DNA from: a virus
Length of the DNA: 64,000 nt
Virus record (IMG/VR): IMGVR_UViG_3300046557_000512
Span: 1-64,000 of that record
Reading direction: 5' to 3' (one strand)
Below, one piece after another: positions 37,330 through 47,803 of this stretch (positions are counted from its first letter, which is position 1; every line of letters begins with the position of its first letter). The position numbers and the translations under genes are program-made. The notes below the pieces were generated by a model. It worked only from the letters and a program-made list of their open reading frames with translations. It ran no database searches and had not been told where the DNA came from.

Positions 37330-40300
37330 CTACGTTGCGGAGCTGGTCACCATCACCTCAAATCCATCGATTGAAGCCTCGTCGCCAGTCCAGCCCCACT
37401 CAAAGCTGATGTCGGCCGAGCCGTCCGTGTTGACAGTGTGATCGACGTCTGTGCCGACCTCAGTTGTAGGCGCCGGGATCGCGGCGCCGTTGCGGTTATT
37501 CTGCGACAGGAAGTCGGCCATGATCGACCCAGGGGCGATCGCGATATCGAACGACTTTTGGACCCAGGGCGACTCCGACGTTTCGCTGACCGAGCGCACC
37601 TGCGCGACCCAGCCGCCCGTTTCGAGGCCGGTGATCGTCACGAGCAGTGAGCTGTGAACGCCAAGGCTGCTCCAGTCGGCCGCGGTCGACTTGCGATACT
37701 GCACCTCATATCCGGTGACGCCGGTCGCGTCGGCCGGCGGCGAGATGACGACGTCCGCTGTGCCGTCGACCTGGAAGTTCTTCGGTACGACCGCGATCTC
37801 TTCGGGCGGATCGAGGTCGGAATAGGTCACAGAGATGGTGCCGCGGACACCAGGGGCCGTCGGCAACGGGGCGCGATCGCCATGCTTGTTGTAGGCGCAC
37901 ACGCGAAACTCCACCACGTCGCCGGGGTTCGCGGTCACCATGTATTCAGCGACGTTCACGGCCGAGCCGATCGGACGAAGCGGCCCTCCATTCACGCCCA
38001 TATAGACGTCCGCACCCGCGTAGTTGCGGATGCCGGCGGCGCTCCAATGGACGCGGGCGCTGATGGACTTGCGGTTGGCCTCGACCAGACGCTCATAGTC
38101 GAACAGCACCGTCTGGACATGACCGACCGCTCGATCTGACAGCGAAGTCACCGGCGTCGGGATCTCGACCTCGGGAGGCCCATACACCAGCTCGTTATAT
38201 TCACCGAACGAGAGCTTGCGCTTCTCGATACCAGTGCCTTCGATGCCGATCAGGGTGTAGATCCGCGGCGTATCGGTGACCTCGCCGAAGATGAAATTGC
38301 GTAGAGCGTCAGGCGCCCCCGGCAACGGCGTCGACACATCGACAAAGGTCTGCGTCACCTCGGCGGCGGGCGCCACGACTGGGCACTCGATCACTGCGTC
38401 GGTATCCCAAAACGCAACCTGGGCGCCGACCGTGAAGCCAACGGTGCTGTCGAGCAGGATGGTATCATAGGTCCCGCCCTTCACGAGATCCACAACCTCG
38501 GCGTCCGCGGTGCCGCATGTCACGCGCATCGGCGGCGCAGCCGTCGACAGCGAAGCATTCGTCGGCAGGAGAATGCGATTGCCGACGACGTTCGAGATAA
38601 CCGCCGTGCCGGCGGCCGTGGTGTCAAAATGGACCATCAAGGCATATTGCTTGCCTGGGATCAGGTTGACCTCTTGATCGAGCTGAACACGGGTCGTCGT
38701 CGAGCCAAAAGCCGTGCGGCCACTCTGGCTCCACTCCATCATCGGATGACTGATGAGCGCGTTCTCGCCGATCGTCAGGTTGATCGACTCGAGGCCGGTT
38801 TCGAAATCGATGGAGCGGATCAGGACCCGGTTGGCATAGATGAAACGCCACAGCTGTGCAGTTGCCTGCGCGATGTTGTCGACGCCGGGCAGTTCCAAAG
38901 CCGCCGTGCGCTTGGCTTCGTTGAACAGCACCGCCTTCGGATCGACGTATCGAATCGTCTTCTCTTTGTTGCGGTCGTTCTTGTCATAGAAGGACAGCTC
39001 GAACTCATTCGCGCGATCCGTCATACCCATATAGGTCACCTGGAAGGTGCCCTTGTGGATGTTGCCGGCGCCGAACATCGTTACCGGGTCGCGCGGTCGG
39101 TCGATTGCGACGCTCAAGCGGCGGCCGAGCGGAACAGGGGCCGCATAAGCCACGCGCAAGACGGTCGCCAGCGCGTCGCCCACGTTGCTGGATTCGGCGA
39201 AAACACCGTTGAAAGTGATGCCTTTGTCGACGCAGTATTGAGCGAAATCGACCCACGCCGGCCAGTCGATCTGATCCAACGGGAAGCCGCAACCGCGCTG
39301 CTCGCCGCAAAGGATGTCGAGACAGATCCAAGCGGGGTTGGCTGACCAACGCTTGACCGTCTTGTTACCCTCGACGTCATATTCCTGAAGGATGCAGCCG
39401 CGCGTGCGGGCTGTCACCGTCGGGATTTGGTTGAGCTGTTCGCTCAGCTTGATGCGCAGGCTCAGGTTGGCCGTGCCGCGCAGGGCAACTTGCTCGGTCT
39501 GGATCTCCGCGACGTCGGTGAGATAGACCTCGTCAACCTTGTATTGGTCGGTAGAGGTCGCGGTGGTCCGCCTAATCCGCACCTCGTGATAGGCCAGATT
39601 AAGAGGGCCGCTTTCGAACGACTTTCGAATCGCACGCGTGCGGCTGTCCTGGACCGTGATCTGTCCGGTCTGGTTGTGCGGGTAAACCACGACCTGCGTG
39701 ATCGTCGCCCCAGGGATGTCGATGTTGACGTCCCCGCCGCCGGGGTTCTGGATCTCGTAATAGTCGCCGCCGACCGGAGAAATATCGGTCTGCCCCACGA
39801 CAGACCCGTCACCTGACGGGTCGAAATTATAACCGTATGCGCCAGGATCAGCGATCGTCGGCGACATGGAAATCCATTCGCCACCGTCGATGCGATAGCG
39901 TGCCTCAGCACCCGTCTCCAGTGCGGCGCTCTGCTGGTAGCCCTTGCTGGCCCACACCTTCATCAAGAGCCCGTTGATGAGCGGATTGTTGAACCAATTG
40001 CTATTCTGGTAATTGCTCGGATTGCCGCTCGCGCCCGTCCAACCCGAGACCGGCTGCTTGGTGACAGGGTCGAGCTCGCGGTATTCCATCACGAAGGTGA
40101 CGCTTCGTGTGCTGTAGGTGCCCTTCTTCTTATCGACGTTGACCAGACCCGTCGTGAAGGAGACGTCAAAGCGCACATGATCGACGGGCGTCGTGGTCTG
40201 GTGGATGACGTCAGCCGTGTCGATCTTGACGCTCTTGTTCACCTGGCGCAGCGAACGCCCGAACCAAGGGTTGACGTCCTCGGTCAGCGTCCCCTTCTTG

Positions 40301-40986
40301 AGGATCGTTTGAACGTCGGTGAAGTTGCTGATCGGCTGCTCATTGAGCTCGAGGTCATAGACGCCCTCAATCTCCCCATCGTTGAGCACAGCTCGCAGAT
40401 AGAGATACTGATCGTCGCCGACGTTCTCCGTATACGTGTCGGCAAAGTTTCCGCCGGTGCGGAACTCGCCATAAACCACTTGATACGGGATGTTCTCGGT
40501 CGCGCTATTCTTCGCGCCGTCGATACCATAGGAATTATTGTTCTGGTCTGCCGGCGTTTTCGGCTTCGGCGTCAGGAGCAGAGCGTTGATGACCCCGGCG
40601 ACCGCCATTCCGACGGCCAACGCGCCGGGGATGCCGATGATCGGGGCGAGAAAGACGAGTGAGGCCACGACGGCCGCGATCGTCACAACCATGCGAAGGA
40701 TCGACTTCAGGCCGTCGCCTCCCTGCGGGACCAGCAGCAAACCAATGACGTCACCGGCGTCGATCGCCACCGTCTTGGCGTCAGCGAGGTCGACCTCACG
40801 CCCATTGACGAAAACCATCCACTCGCACTCGGCCGGCAAGCCATCGAGATATGTCGCCAGCGGCTGACCCGTTTGATGGACCAGCTCGTGGATCTCGACT
40901 GTCGACGGCGCGAAGACGTCGTAGAGCAGGCGCAGCTCGACCTCATCGGCCGCGCAGGTCGACGCAGGAGCGAGAATTTCCCTCAT
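37330..40986 (-). CDS. Tail tip / central fibre protein (lambda I+J-like)
   Basis: N-terminal ubiquitin-like I domain (PQGG), PYQVVYGEFRTGGN, WSANPAW, FN3 repeats. Confidence 0.9.
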   Translation of the reverse strand: MREILAPASTCAADEVELRLLYDVFAPSTVEIHELVHQTGQPLATYLDGLPAECEWMVFVNGREVDLADAKTVAIDAGDVIGLLLVPQGGDGLKSILRMVVTIAAVVASLVFLAPIIGIPGALAVGMAVAGVINALLLTPKPKTPADQNNNSYGIDGAKNSATENIPYQVVYGEFRTGGNFADTYTENVGDDQYLYLRAVLNDGEIEGVYDLELNEQPISNFTDVQTILKKGTLTEDVNPWFGRSLRQVNKSVKIDTADVIHQTTTPVDHVRFDVSFTTGLVNVDKKKGTYSTRSVTFVMEYRELDPVTKQPVSGWTGASGNPSNYQNSNWFNNPLINGLLMKVWASKGYQQSAALETGAEARYRIDGGEWISMSPTIADPGAYGYNFDPSGDGSVVGQTDISPVGGDYYEIQNPGGGDVNIDIPGATITQVVVYPHNQTGQITVQDSRTRAIRKSFESGPLNLAYHEVRIRRTTATSTDQYKVDEVYLTDVAEIQTEQVALRGTANLSLRIKLSEQLNQIPTVTARTRGCILQEYDVEGNKTVKRWSANPAWICLDILCGEQRGCGFPLDQIDWPAWVDFAQYCVDKGITFNGVFAESSNVGDALATVLRVAYAAPVPLGRRLSVAIDRPRDPVTMFGAGNIHKGTFQVTYMGMTDRANEFELSFYDKNDRNKEKTIRYVDPKAVLFNEAKRTAALELPGVDNIAQATAQLWRFIYANRVLIRSIDFETGLESINLTIGENALISHPMMEWSQSGRTAFGSTTTRVQLDQEVNLIPGKQYALMVHFDTTAAGTAVISNVVGNRILLPTNASLSTAAPPMRVTCGTADAEVVDLVKGGTYDTILLDSTVGFTVGAQVAFWDTDAVIECPVVAPAAEVTQTFVDVSTPLPGAPDALRNFIFGEVTDTPRIYTLIGIEGTGIEKRKLSFGEYNELVYGPPEVEIPTPVTSLSDRAVGHVQTVLFDYERLVEANRKSISARVHWSAAGIRNYAGADVYMGVNGGPLRPIGSAVNVAEYMVTANPGDVVEFRVCAYNKHGDRAPLPTAPGVRGTISVTYSDLDPPEEIAVVPKNFQVDGTADVVISPPADATGVTGYEVQYRKSTAADWSSLGVHSSLLVTITGLETGGWVAQVRSVSETSESPWVQKSFDIAIAPGSIMADFLSQNNRNGAAIPAPTTEVGTDVDHTVNTDGSADISFEWGWTGDEASIDGFEVMVTSSAT

Positions 40987-41360
40987 TGGGGCACGCCGTA
41001 TGTGTAAGCGGCCAAGGGCGTGAACGGCCCCGAGAGGAGCCGCGGCGCGGTTACCCCGCCTTCGATCGCGTGAATGAAGCGGTCAGAGCCGAGGCAGACA
41101 CCGACATGGGCGCCAACACCCTCGAGCCGGAACGTCACCAACGACATCGGCGTGCCCATCGGCACACGCTGCCAACGCGCTTCATTGGCGCTGATCAATG
41201 CAGCCACCTCTTCGTTCGTGCCAGGCGACGTGAAGTCCGGCACGACGATCCCGGCACGACGGAACATCTCGATCGCCAGGCCGTAGCAATCATAGCTGTT
41301 CGGGCCGCGCGCGCCACGCTCAAACGGCTTGCCGAGAAGGTCGATATAGGGCGGGATCAT
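40983..41360 (-). CDS. NlpC/P60 tail tip protein (lambda K-like)
   Basis: GARGPNSYDCYGL, HVGV, FIHA. Confidence 0.88.
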   Translation of the reverse strand: MIPPYIDLLGKPFERGARGPNSYDCYGLAIEMFRRAGIVVPDFTSPGTNEEVAALISANEARWQRVPMGTPMSLVTFRLEGVGAHVGVCLGSDRFIHAIEGGVTAPRLLSGPFTPLAAYTYGVPQ

Positions 41361-41399
41361 CGCGCAATCATAACACGCATGCGTGTTGTTTGCCATGCG

Positions 41400-42023
41400 C
41401 TAGATATTCATCGGCACAAGGCCGGGCAGCCCGCGGAAGTTGAGGCTGTTGTTCTTCGCCTTGCAGCCGCCGGCGCCCTCCAGGACATAAGTGCAGGTGG
41501 TTTCGGCGCCGGCGTATCCGCAGCCAAAACCCTTGAACCGCCACGCGCAGCGCTCGCGCGACTGACGATACTTGGGGAACTGGATCTGCAGCGGGTTCTC
41601 GGCGCCCAGGGTTGCGGTGATGACGAAGTCCTTGGCCGACGAGCCGAGCACAGAGAAGCGCTCGCGGATCTCGGCGGGGAAGTCGAGGCGGGCAGCGTTG
41701 ACGACCGTGAGAACGACCTCAGAGAAAACGCCGCCGGCGTAAGCCTCGAGCCTCGACTGGATCATCAGGCTGGGATCACGCGCGGTCAACGTGACGTCGG
41801 GAGCCGAACCCTGTTTCTGCACCACGTTGAGGTCGAAGTTGGCCGCGTAATAGATGTTGCCCTCGAACTCGACGTTCTCGGTGTTCGTGACGATGCGGAC
41901 CACCTCCTCCACCACGCGAGTGTTCGGGTTGGTGATGTTGAGGTCGAGCAGAATCAGAAACGCGGTAGCCGACGACAGCTTATTCTTTTCGATGACCGTC
42001 GCGACGGACAGATGGCGAGCCAT
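41400..42023 (-). CDS. Tail tip protein (lambda L-like)
   Basis: C-terminal CAW..GCGY..TC..GC..NFRGLPG Fe-S cysteines. Confidence 0.85.
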   Translation of the reverse strand: MARHLSVATVIEKNKLSSATAFLILLDLNITNPNTRVVEEVVRIVTNTENVEFEGNIYYAANFDLNVVQKQGSAPDVTLTARDPSLMIQSRLEAYAGGVFSEVVLTVVNAARLDFPAEIRERFSVLGSSAKDFVITATLGAENPLQIQFPKYRQSRERCAWRFKGFGCGYAGAETTCTYVLEGAGGCKAKNNSLNFRGLPGLVPMNI

Positions 42024-42397
42024 CAGACCTCCTTCATTTGGAATGTGGGTGACCAGCGCCGGGTCGTGCCGATCGCGCTTGGGTTCCAGTCGGGCTCTTT
42101 CTCGAAGCGGACCTGGCGATCGATACCGACCATGTAGTCGTGATAGATAAACGCGACGGTCGTAGTGTGATCGAGCCAGAACTGGTTGAGCATGTTGAAG
42201 TCGGCCTGGGTGAGGCCGATGAAGCCCGTTGTCACCTGGTCGCGGCCGCGGCGCGTGAACCGCGGACGGCGAGCCTCGTAGCCACCTTCTGCGTCCGCGC
42301 GGATATCCGCAACCTCATTCTTGATGTCGTATTTCGAGGGGCTCTCACCCAGCGAAAGCCCCGCGATCTTGGTGGGGAATGTCGTCGCGACCGTCAC
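42023..42397 (-). CDS. Distal tail protein (lambda M-like)
   Basis: Follows the tape measure gene; RPRFTR motif; ends MKEV. Confidence 0.75.
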   Translation of the reverse strand: MTVATTFPTKIAGLSLGESPSKYDIKNEVADIRADAEGGYEARRPRFTRRGRDQVTTGFIGLTQADFNMLNQFWLDHTTTVAFIYHDYMVGIDRQVRFEKEPDWNPSAIGTTRRWSPTFQMKEV

Positions 42398-45300
42398 TTT
42401 CCTGCCTTCCTCATATTGGCGAAAAGGTCGCGCAGCGGCCCCTGCTTGGTGGCTGCTTCAGTGACGACACCGATCACCCAATCTTTCCCGTTGAAATTGG
42501 CATCGCCCACGGTGGCGTCGGCGGGCACGCCGGTGTTGTTGATGAACTCGATCTTGACGTTCGGTGCTGCGCCACCCGCGCCGGCGAGCCGGCGACCCAA
42601 GAGATCCTGCTGATCCTCGGTAAGCATCAGCTCCTTTTCCTTGGCGATGATCGGGACCTCACCAGGCATCAGCGGGCGACCGCCGATCTCACCGCCGGTG
42701 TGATACTTGCGGGCGTTCGCGAACACGGCCGGGTCGACCGCACCCCAAGCGGTGGCGGCGCCACCGATCAGGCCGCCAGTGTGGAAGCCGTCGACACTGA
42801 CCGACCCGGTCTGGCCGCCCGAGCCGCCCGATGGGATCACTGCATTGCTCTTGCCACCGAACGCCGCGCCGAGCTGGTCCGTCATGAACGACCCGAGCGA
42901 CATTGTCCCACCGCCGGCACCAGCCGTCGGGGCCATGCCGAGCGCGGACAAGATCGCGTAAGCGATCACAGCCTTCAAAATGACCTTGAGTAGCGCCTTG
43001 ATCGTGTCGGTGACGAACTTCCCGATATTCAGATTGCCCTCGGCCAGGCCGTCGACCAGGGTCGAGATAGAGTCGGCCATCACCTGCTGGATGTTGTGGC
43101 CGAGCTGCGCCCACTGACGCATCATCTTCGTGGTCTCGGTCTCGTTGTCGCGAGAGACCTTGGCGCCCTCCGCCTTCTTCCAGGCGTTGAACGCGGCTTC
43201 CATGCGCTTGCGTTCTTCGGTGCCGGCCGCAGTCAGCGAGATCAGCTTGCGTTGGCGATCGACCTCATCCTCGAAGTTCTTCTGACGCGCGGCATCCTCG
43301 TCGAGCAGACCGTTCATGATCTGCCGAGTGGATTCTTCCCAACCGTTGGTGATGTCGGCGGCGTCTGCCGCGTTCATCGCCTTGACGATGTCGTCGACCT
43401 TGCCCTGGACGCGCGTGAGATCGTCGCCCTTCAGACCATCAGTCAGGCCCGCAAAGCGGCTGGTGACCTGCGCGAGACGCTTGTCGGCCTCATAGGTCCC
43501 GGCATTCAGCGAGCTCCACAGCTCCTTGGACTTCGTGGTCGCCTTGGAGAGCTCGTCGTCGAGCTTGTCGTCGACTCCCTTGACGTCCTTCTGGTGCTGA
43601 AGGTTGTCGAGGAGCTTCATGTATTCCCGCATCTGGTCGATGCGGCCTTGGGTGATGCCCTTATATTTGCCCGCGGCGAGCTCGGCGTTGAACCTCTCCA
43701 GGTTGCCCTTGCCGCCAATCAGCTCATCGGAAAGCTGCGCGATTTTACCGGCCGTGGTCGCCAGCGCCTTGTCGAACGCCTTGTTCGGGTCGACCTTGCC
43801 CATCTCGGACTTGGACTGCTGAAGCGCGTCCTTCAGCGCCATCTGACCGCGGTAGGCGTCCTTCTGCGCGTCGGTCCAGCCGGCGTATTTCGACGATCCG
43901 GCCGCGACCTCGGCGTTGAACTGCGCAAGGTTACCCTTGCCGCCGGCCAGCTGGTCGCGCAGCTTTGCCGCGTTGCCGGCGGCCGTGGCCATCGCATTGT
44001 TGAAGTCGGCGCCCTTGCCGCCTTTGCCTAGCTTTCCAGCGGCATCGTCGGCGGAGTCACCAACCCCGTTGATGTCACCCCGCAGCTGGCGCAGCGCAGC
44101 GCGGCGCGCGTCGCCCTCCATGCCGCCGCCCGACGTAGGGGTGATTTTGGCGAGGTCATCAATGCGCTTGTTGCGATAGTTGCTGGAGGTCGCGTCATAC
44201 CACTTGCGCAGATTCTCCTTGCCGGTCTTATCGTCCGACTTGAGCAGGCTCTTTTTGCGCGCGTATTGGGCCGACAACCGATCGAGGAAGTTGTCGTTGT
44301 CGGAAGTGATGCTCTCATACCACTGGCGCTGGCGGCTACGGAAATCAGCACGAGCGCCCTCCACCTGCGCATTGTTCAGGTCTGCCAGATCCTGATTGAG
44401 CGCAGCCTTCTTCTTCGCACGCTCAGCCGGGCTCAGCGACATCACGCCAAGCTGCTGCATCGCGATGTCGTCGCTGGTCGAACCACTGTAGTTGGCGGTG
44501 TTGCTGGGATCGTCGAGCTGCTTGATCTCCTGGGCGATGCCGGCCTTGCGAGCCATGACGATCGCCGCGTCGCCCGCTTCCTTGAAGCCGGCAGCCATGC
44601 GGCGCGCGGCCGCCGTTGCCTTGTCGGCCTGGGACTCGAACACGCCGCAAGCGGATGCCGCCTGGTAGAGCAGCATCGCGATGATGCCGACCGGCCCCAG
44701 GGCAACACTGACGGCGGCGCCCAACACTTCCGCAGCGACAGCGCCGGCCGCCATTGCCGTGGTCCAGAAACCAGTGGCGACCGTGTCAGCGGCAATCGCG
44801 GCCGTCTCGATCTCGATCGCGGCCGTGGCCGTGGTGGTCGCCACAGTCGCGGCCTCTTGCGCCGTCGCCGAACGCAACGCGGCTTCTGCTGCGATCGCCT
44901 CCGCTTCGGCCACCGCGATGTCTGCCTTCGACAGCATGTTGCGCGCGATCGTCAGACGATTGGTGGCGCGCTCATACGCTGCGAGCGCTTCTGCCCGGCT
45001 GGCGAATTGCCCAGTTTCGGTGCGCCCGGTTTGCAGCACGTTGAGAGCCGCCAGCTGCTCGGCTTCGAGCGTGGCGACCAAGTTCATGCGGGCGACCTGC
45101 TGACCCCTCAGACCCGCGAGCGTGTCTTCGGCGGCCTGCGCGGCGATGCTGGCGCGACGCGCGATCTGGATCGCGGTAGCCTCTTCGGCGACCGCGGTGT
45201 TGGCCATCGCCGTCGCATATTCGGCCTGCGCGGCCGACATGAGCTGGAGCTCACCGCGACCTGCTGCCACGGCGGCATTGTAATTGATCTGCTCCAGCGT

Positions 45301-46467
45301 CGACTGAGAGATGCCGATCGTCGCCAAGCTGAAGTTTCGGAACGCGGCGATCGCGTCGACGACCAGGCCCTTCAGGCGGGCGAACCCAGAGAGCACCGTG
45401 TTGGCTGCCCACATGGTTGCCAGCGCCTGCGCAACAAACAGGATTTCGCCCCGGAAACGGACGACCCATTCGATCACGCTCATCAGCGCGGACGCTACGT
45501 TGGAGACGCCCTGGCCAACCGACTGAAGAAACGCGCGCGCTTCATCGGAACGCATCGCGGCGTTCATTTCCTTGAGCTTGTCGACTACCGTCTTGAAGAA
45601 GCCACCGCCTGGGGTGTCCATGCCGGTGAAGTCGGCCGCGAGCTGGGCGAAGTTCGTCCTGATCTGCGCCATCTGACCGAACAACGTGTCCGCCAGTCGC
45701 TTACCGGAGCCGCGATAGACACGCTCCATTTCCGCGAACATCGCGGCGAGCGCGGGCTTGGCGGCCACGGTGCCCTTGGAGATCTGCTTGACGAGCTCAG
45801 GGATAGATTGCCCCAAGGCATCAGCCATGAGCTGGATCGCCGACGGCACGGCTTCACCGAGCTGCTGGCGAAGTTCCTCCATCGAGACGACGCCCTTACC
45901 GGCCATCTGTTGGATCGCGATCGAGGCGCGGTGCAAAGTTTCGCTGTTGCCGCCAAAGGCCGCCACGGCGTCGACCAGGCCGTGCAGCGAGCCGTTAAGC
46001 GGGTCGATGCCGCCCGACTTGATCTTGACGAACGAGTCCGTCAGTTCCTGGACAGCGAAACCCGACTGACGCGCGATCTTGTAGAGTGCGCTCAGGTTGT
46101 TCGCCGCGTCCTGCTGCTTGCCGAGCTTGGTGGTCGCGTTCGACAGACCTTCCATGAGCACGGTCAGGCGCTCAAGGTCGCCCGCCTGCTTAAAGATCGC
46201 GCCCAGCCACCCGACCGAGACGTCCTTGAGCGTGAGGAACGCGGAACGCGCCTGGCCGAGAATGACGACCAGGTCGCGGAAGCGCTGCATCGGCGTCTGC
46301 ATCGACGAACCGACGCGACCCATCTGACCAGCGAAGCGATCGGCTTCGGCGCCGGCGGAGCGGATGACGCCGCCAAACGACTTAACCTCGCCTGATGCCG
46401 ACGTAAGCTTGCCGGACCAGCGCGAGGTATCGAGGTCGAGGACGACGCTAAGCTTCCGTTCTGTCAT
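42394..46467 (-). CDS. Tape measure protein
   Basis: 1357 aa, Ala-rich; tape-measure motif AIQQMAGKGVVSMEELRQQLGE; C-terminal FHTGG/YHTGG. Confidence 0.95.
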   Translation of the reverse strand: MTERKLSVVLDLDTSRWSGKLTSASGEVKSFGGVIRSAGAEADRFAGQMGRVGSSMQTPMQRFRDLVVILGQARSAFLTLKDVSVGWLGAIFKQAGDLERLTVLMEGLSNATTKLGKQQDAANNLSALYKIARQSGFAVQELTDSFVKIKSGGIDPLNGSLHGLVDAVAAFGGNSETLHRASIAIQQMAGKGVVSMEELRQQLGEAVPSAIQLMADALGQSIPELVKQISKGTVAAKPALAAMFAEMERVYRGSGKRLADTLFGQMAQIRTNFAQLAADFTGMDTPGGGFFKTVVDKLKEMNAAMRSDEARAFLQSVGQGVSNVASALMSVIEWVVRFRGEILFVAQALATMWAANTVLSGFARLKGLVVDAIAAFRNFSLATIGISQSTLEQINYNAAVAAGRGELQLMSAAQAEYATAMANTAVAEEATAIQIARRASIAAQAAEDTLAGLRGQQVARMNLVATLEAEQLAALNVLQTGRTETGQFASRAEALAAYERATNRLTIARNMLSKADIAVAEAEAIAAEAALRSATAQEAATVATTTATAAIEIETAAIAADTVATGFWTTAMAAGAVAAEVLGAAVSVALGPVGIIAMLLYQAASACGVFESQADKATAAARRMAAGFKEAGDAAIVMARKAGIAQEIKQLDDPSNTANYSGSTSDDIAMQQLGVMSLSPAERAKKKAALNQDLADLNNAQVEGARADFRSRQRQWYESITSDNDNFLDRLSAQYARKKSLLKSDDKTGKENLRKWYDATSSNYRNKRIDDLAKITPTSGGGMEGDARRAALRQLRGDINGVGDSADDAAGKLGKGGKGADFNNAMATAAGNAAKLRDQLAGGKGNLAQFNAEVAAGSSKYAGWTDAQKDAYRGQMALKDALQQSKSEMGKVDPNKAFDKALATTAGKIAQLSDELIGGKGNLERFNAELAAGKYKGITQGRIDQMREYMKLLDNLQHQKDVKGVDDKLDDELSKATTKSKELWSSLNAGTYEADKRLAQVTSRFAGLTDGLKGDDLTRVQGKVDDIVKAMNAADAADITNGWEESTRQIMNGLLDEDAARQKNFEDEVDRQRKLISLTAAGTEERKRMEAAFNAWKKAEGAKVSRDNETETTKMMRQWAQLGHNIQQVMADSISTLVDGLAEGNLNIGKFVTDTIKALLKVILKAVIAYAILSALGMAPTAGAGGGTMSLGSFMTDQLGAAFGGKSNAVIPSGGSGGQTGSVSVDGFHTGGLIGGAATAWGAVDPAVFANARKYHTGGEIGGRPLMPGEVPIIAKEKELMLTEDQQDLLGRRLAGAGGAAPNVKIEFINNTGVPADATVGDANFNGKDWVIGVVTEAATKQGPLRDLFANMRKAGK

Positions 46468-46471
46468 CGCG

Positions 46472-46819
46472 CTATGCCGGGGCCGGCTGATCCTTCGGGG
46501 TTGGGTTGAGTTTTCGCTGGAGCTCCAGGAACTTCGCTTCGTCGAAGCCCTTGATGACGACCGCCGGGGAGCCGACCTGCAGCTTCAGGGCTGCGAACAG
46601 TTCCTTGGCGCCCTCTCCGCTCTGGCCGGCGATTCCGACCTGGAGATTCATCTGGGCTTGCTCTGCCTGGAGCCGGTCGATCTGCTTGTTGGCGGACCAG
46701 AACATCACCAGGGGCATCTGCATGACTTGTATGTGTGTTAGTCCGTATGCACCGGCGACGCGCCAGAAGAAGAACGGGAGATCTAGCTCTGCGAGCTGGT
46801 CTCCCCCAGCACGTTTCCC
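46472..46819 (-). CDS. Tail assembly chaperone GT, C-terminal frame reached by -1 frameshift
   Basis: The -1 frame is open from GGGAAAC (46819-46813) to 46472: KRAGGDQLAELDLPFFFWRVAGAYGLTHIQVMQMPLVMFW... Confidence 0.85.
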   Translation of the reverse strand, partial: GKRAGGDQLAELDLPFFFWRVAGAYGLTHIQVMQMPLVMFWSANKQIDRLQAEQAQMNLQVGIAGQSGEGAKELFAALKLQVGSPAVVIKGFDEAKFLELQRKLNPTPKDQPAPA

Positions 46820-47202
46820 TCACTCGTCTCCTCGGGTGCGTATTTCTGGTTGATCTGCTGCGACACGTCGTTCAGCCAGCCGAACACCGCGAACATCTTG
46901 GTGACCGGCATCTGGTCGACCGGAAGAGACGGGAAGAACGCGACCACTGCATCGCGGACCACTTCGACCACCTTGCGCTGGACGTCCTCGATCTCTTCGT
47001 CGGTCGCGCCGGTCGCCCCCAACTTGAGCTTCTGCTCGGCCAGGGCCTGGTGTTCCGCGGCGCGGTTCTGCTGATCGATAAAGCCTTCCACCGTCAGCTG
47101 GACCATCGTGTGGTCGACGCCTTCGTGCCGAATGGTAAGCATCGACGCAGGCGTCGGCAGCTCGTCAAGATTCAGAATGCGCGGGGACTGGGATTGGGTC
47201 AC
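46783..47202 (-). CDS. Tail assembly chaperone G
   Basis: Between the major tail and tape measure genes; in-frame G-GGA-AAC near the 3' end. Confidence 0.85.
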   Translation of the reverse strand: MTQSQSPRILNLDELPTPASMLTIRHEGVDHTMVQLTVEGFIDQQNRAAEHQALAEQKLKLGATGATDEEIEDVQRKVVEVVRDAVVAFFPSLPVDQMPVTKMFAVFGWLNDVSQQINQKYAPEETSEGNVLGETSSQS

Positions 47203-47266
47203 AAACTACCGTGGATTTGGAGGAAAGTGTGGCGGCCGGCCTGGGGAGGAGCCGGCCGCCAAGGGC

Positions 47267-47803
47267 TTACGAGGACGCCAGGGCCGGGTCGCCGAAGACG
47301 GCGAGCGTGCCCGTGGTCAGATCCACGTAACCGGTGAACTCGACCGTGTAGACGCGCTGGTCGTCGACCTTGTAGGAGAACTGGATGTCCCCCTTGGCGT
47401 TCGCCAGCGGCAGCACGAAGTCCTTCGACTTGTCGCCTTCGGCCATCGCGATCGGGTGAAGAACCAGCGGACCCGCGCCAGCGCGCAGCGAGACGCCGAC
47501 GCCCGAGGACAAGGTCAGCTTCTTCTTGCCGAGGTCGGCGCCGGTGCCGGTGACGAGCACCGAACCCGGAATGACAGTGACGAGCTTGGCGAGATCACGC
47601 TCGGCCATCGGGACCTTAACGGTCACCTTGCGGCCCTTGATGATCTCGTCGATCGCGGTATCGCCGAACTGGTCGGCGGTGATCAGCGTGCTCTCGGTGG
47701 CGATCTGGACCTCGCAGCCACCCTTGGTCAGGCCAAGGTCGGCTGCTTTGAAGAAGGCCGTGCAGGGACCCATCTCCAAGTTATCGAATGCGGTGCCGGA
47801 CAT
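47267..47803 (-). CDS. Major tail protein
   Basis: DLGLTKGGCEV...DQFGDT..D...GR; position in the tail block. Confidence 0.85.
   Translation of the reverse strand: MSGTAFDNLEMGPCTAFFKAADLGLTKGGCEVQIATESTLITADQFGDTAIDEIIKGRKVTVKVPMAERDLAKLVTVIPGSVLVTGTGADLGKKKLTLSSGVGVSLRAGAGPLVLHPIAMAEGDKSKDFVLPLANAKGDIQFSYKVDDQRVYTVEFTGYVDLTTGTLAVFGDPALASS

Noticed and set aside
44266-46395. Long plus-strand ORFs (also 12301-13797, 54834-56417, 14528-15733 and others)
   Set aside because: Antisense shadows of well-supported minus-strand genes, expected in high-GC DNA; no motifs.
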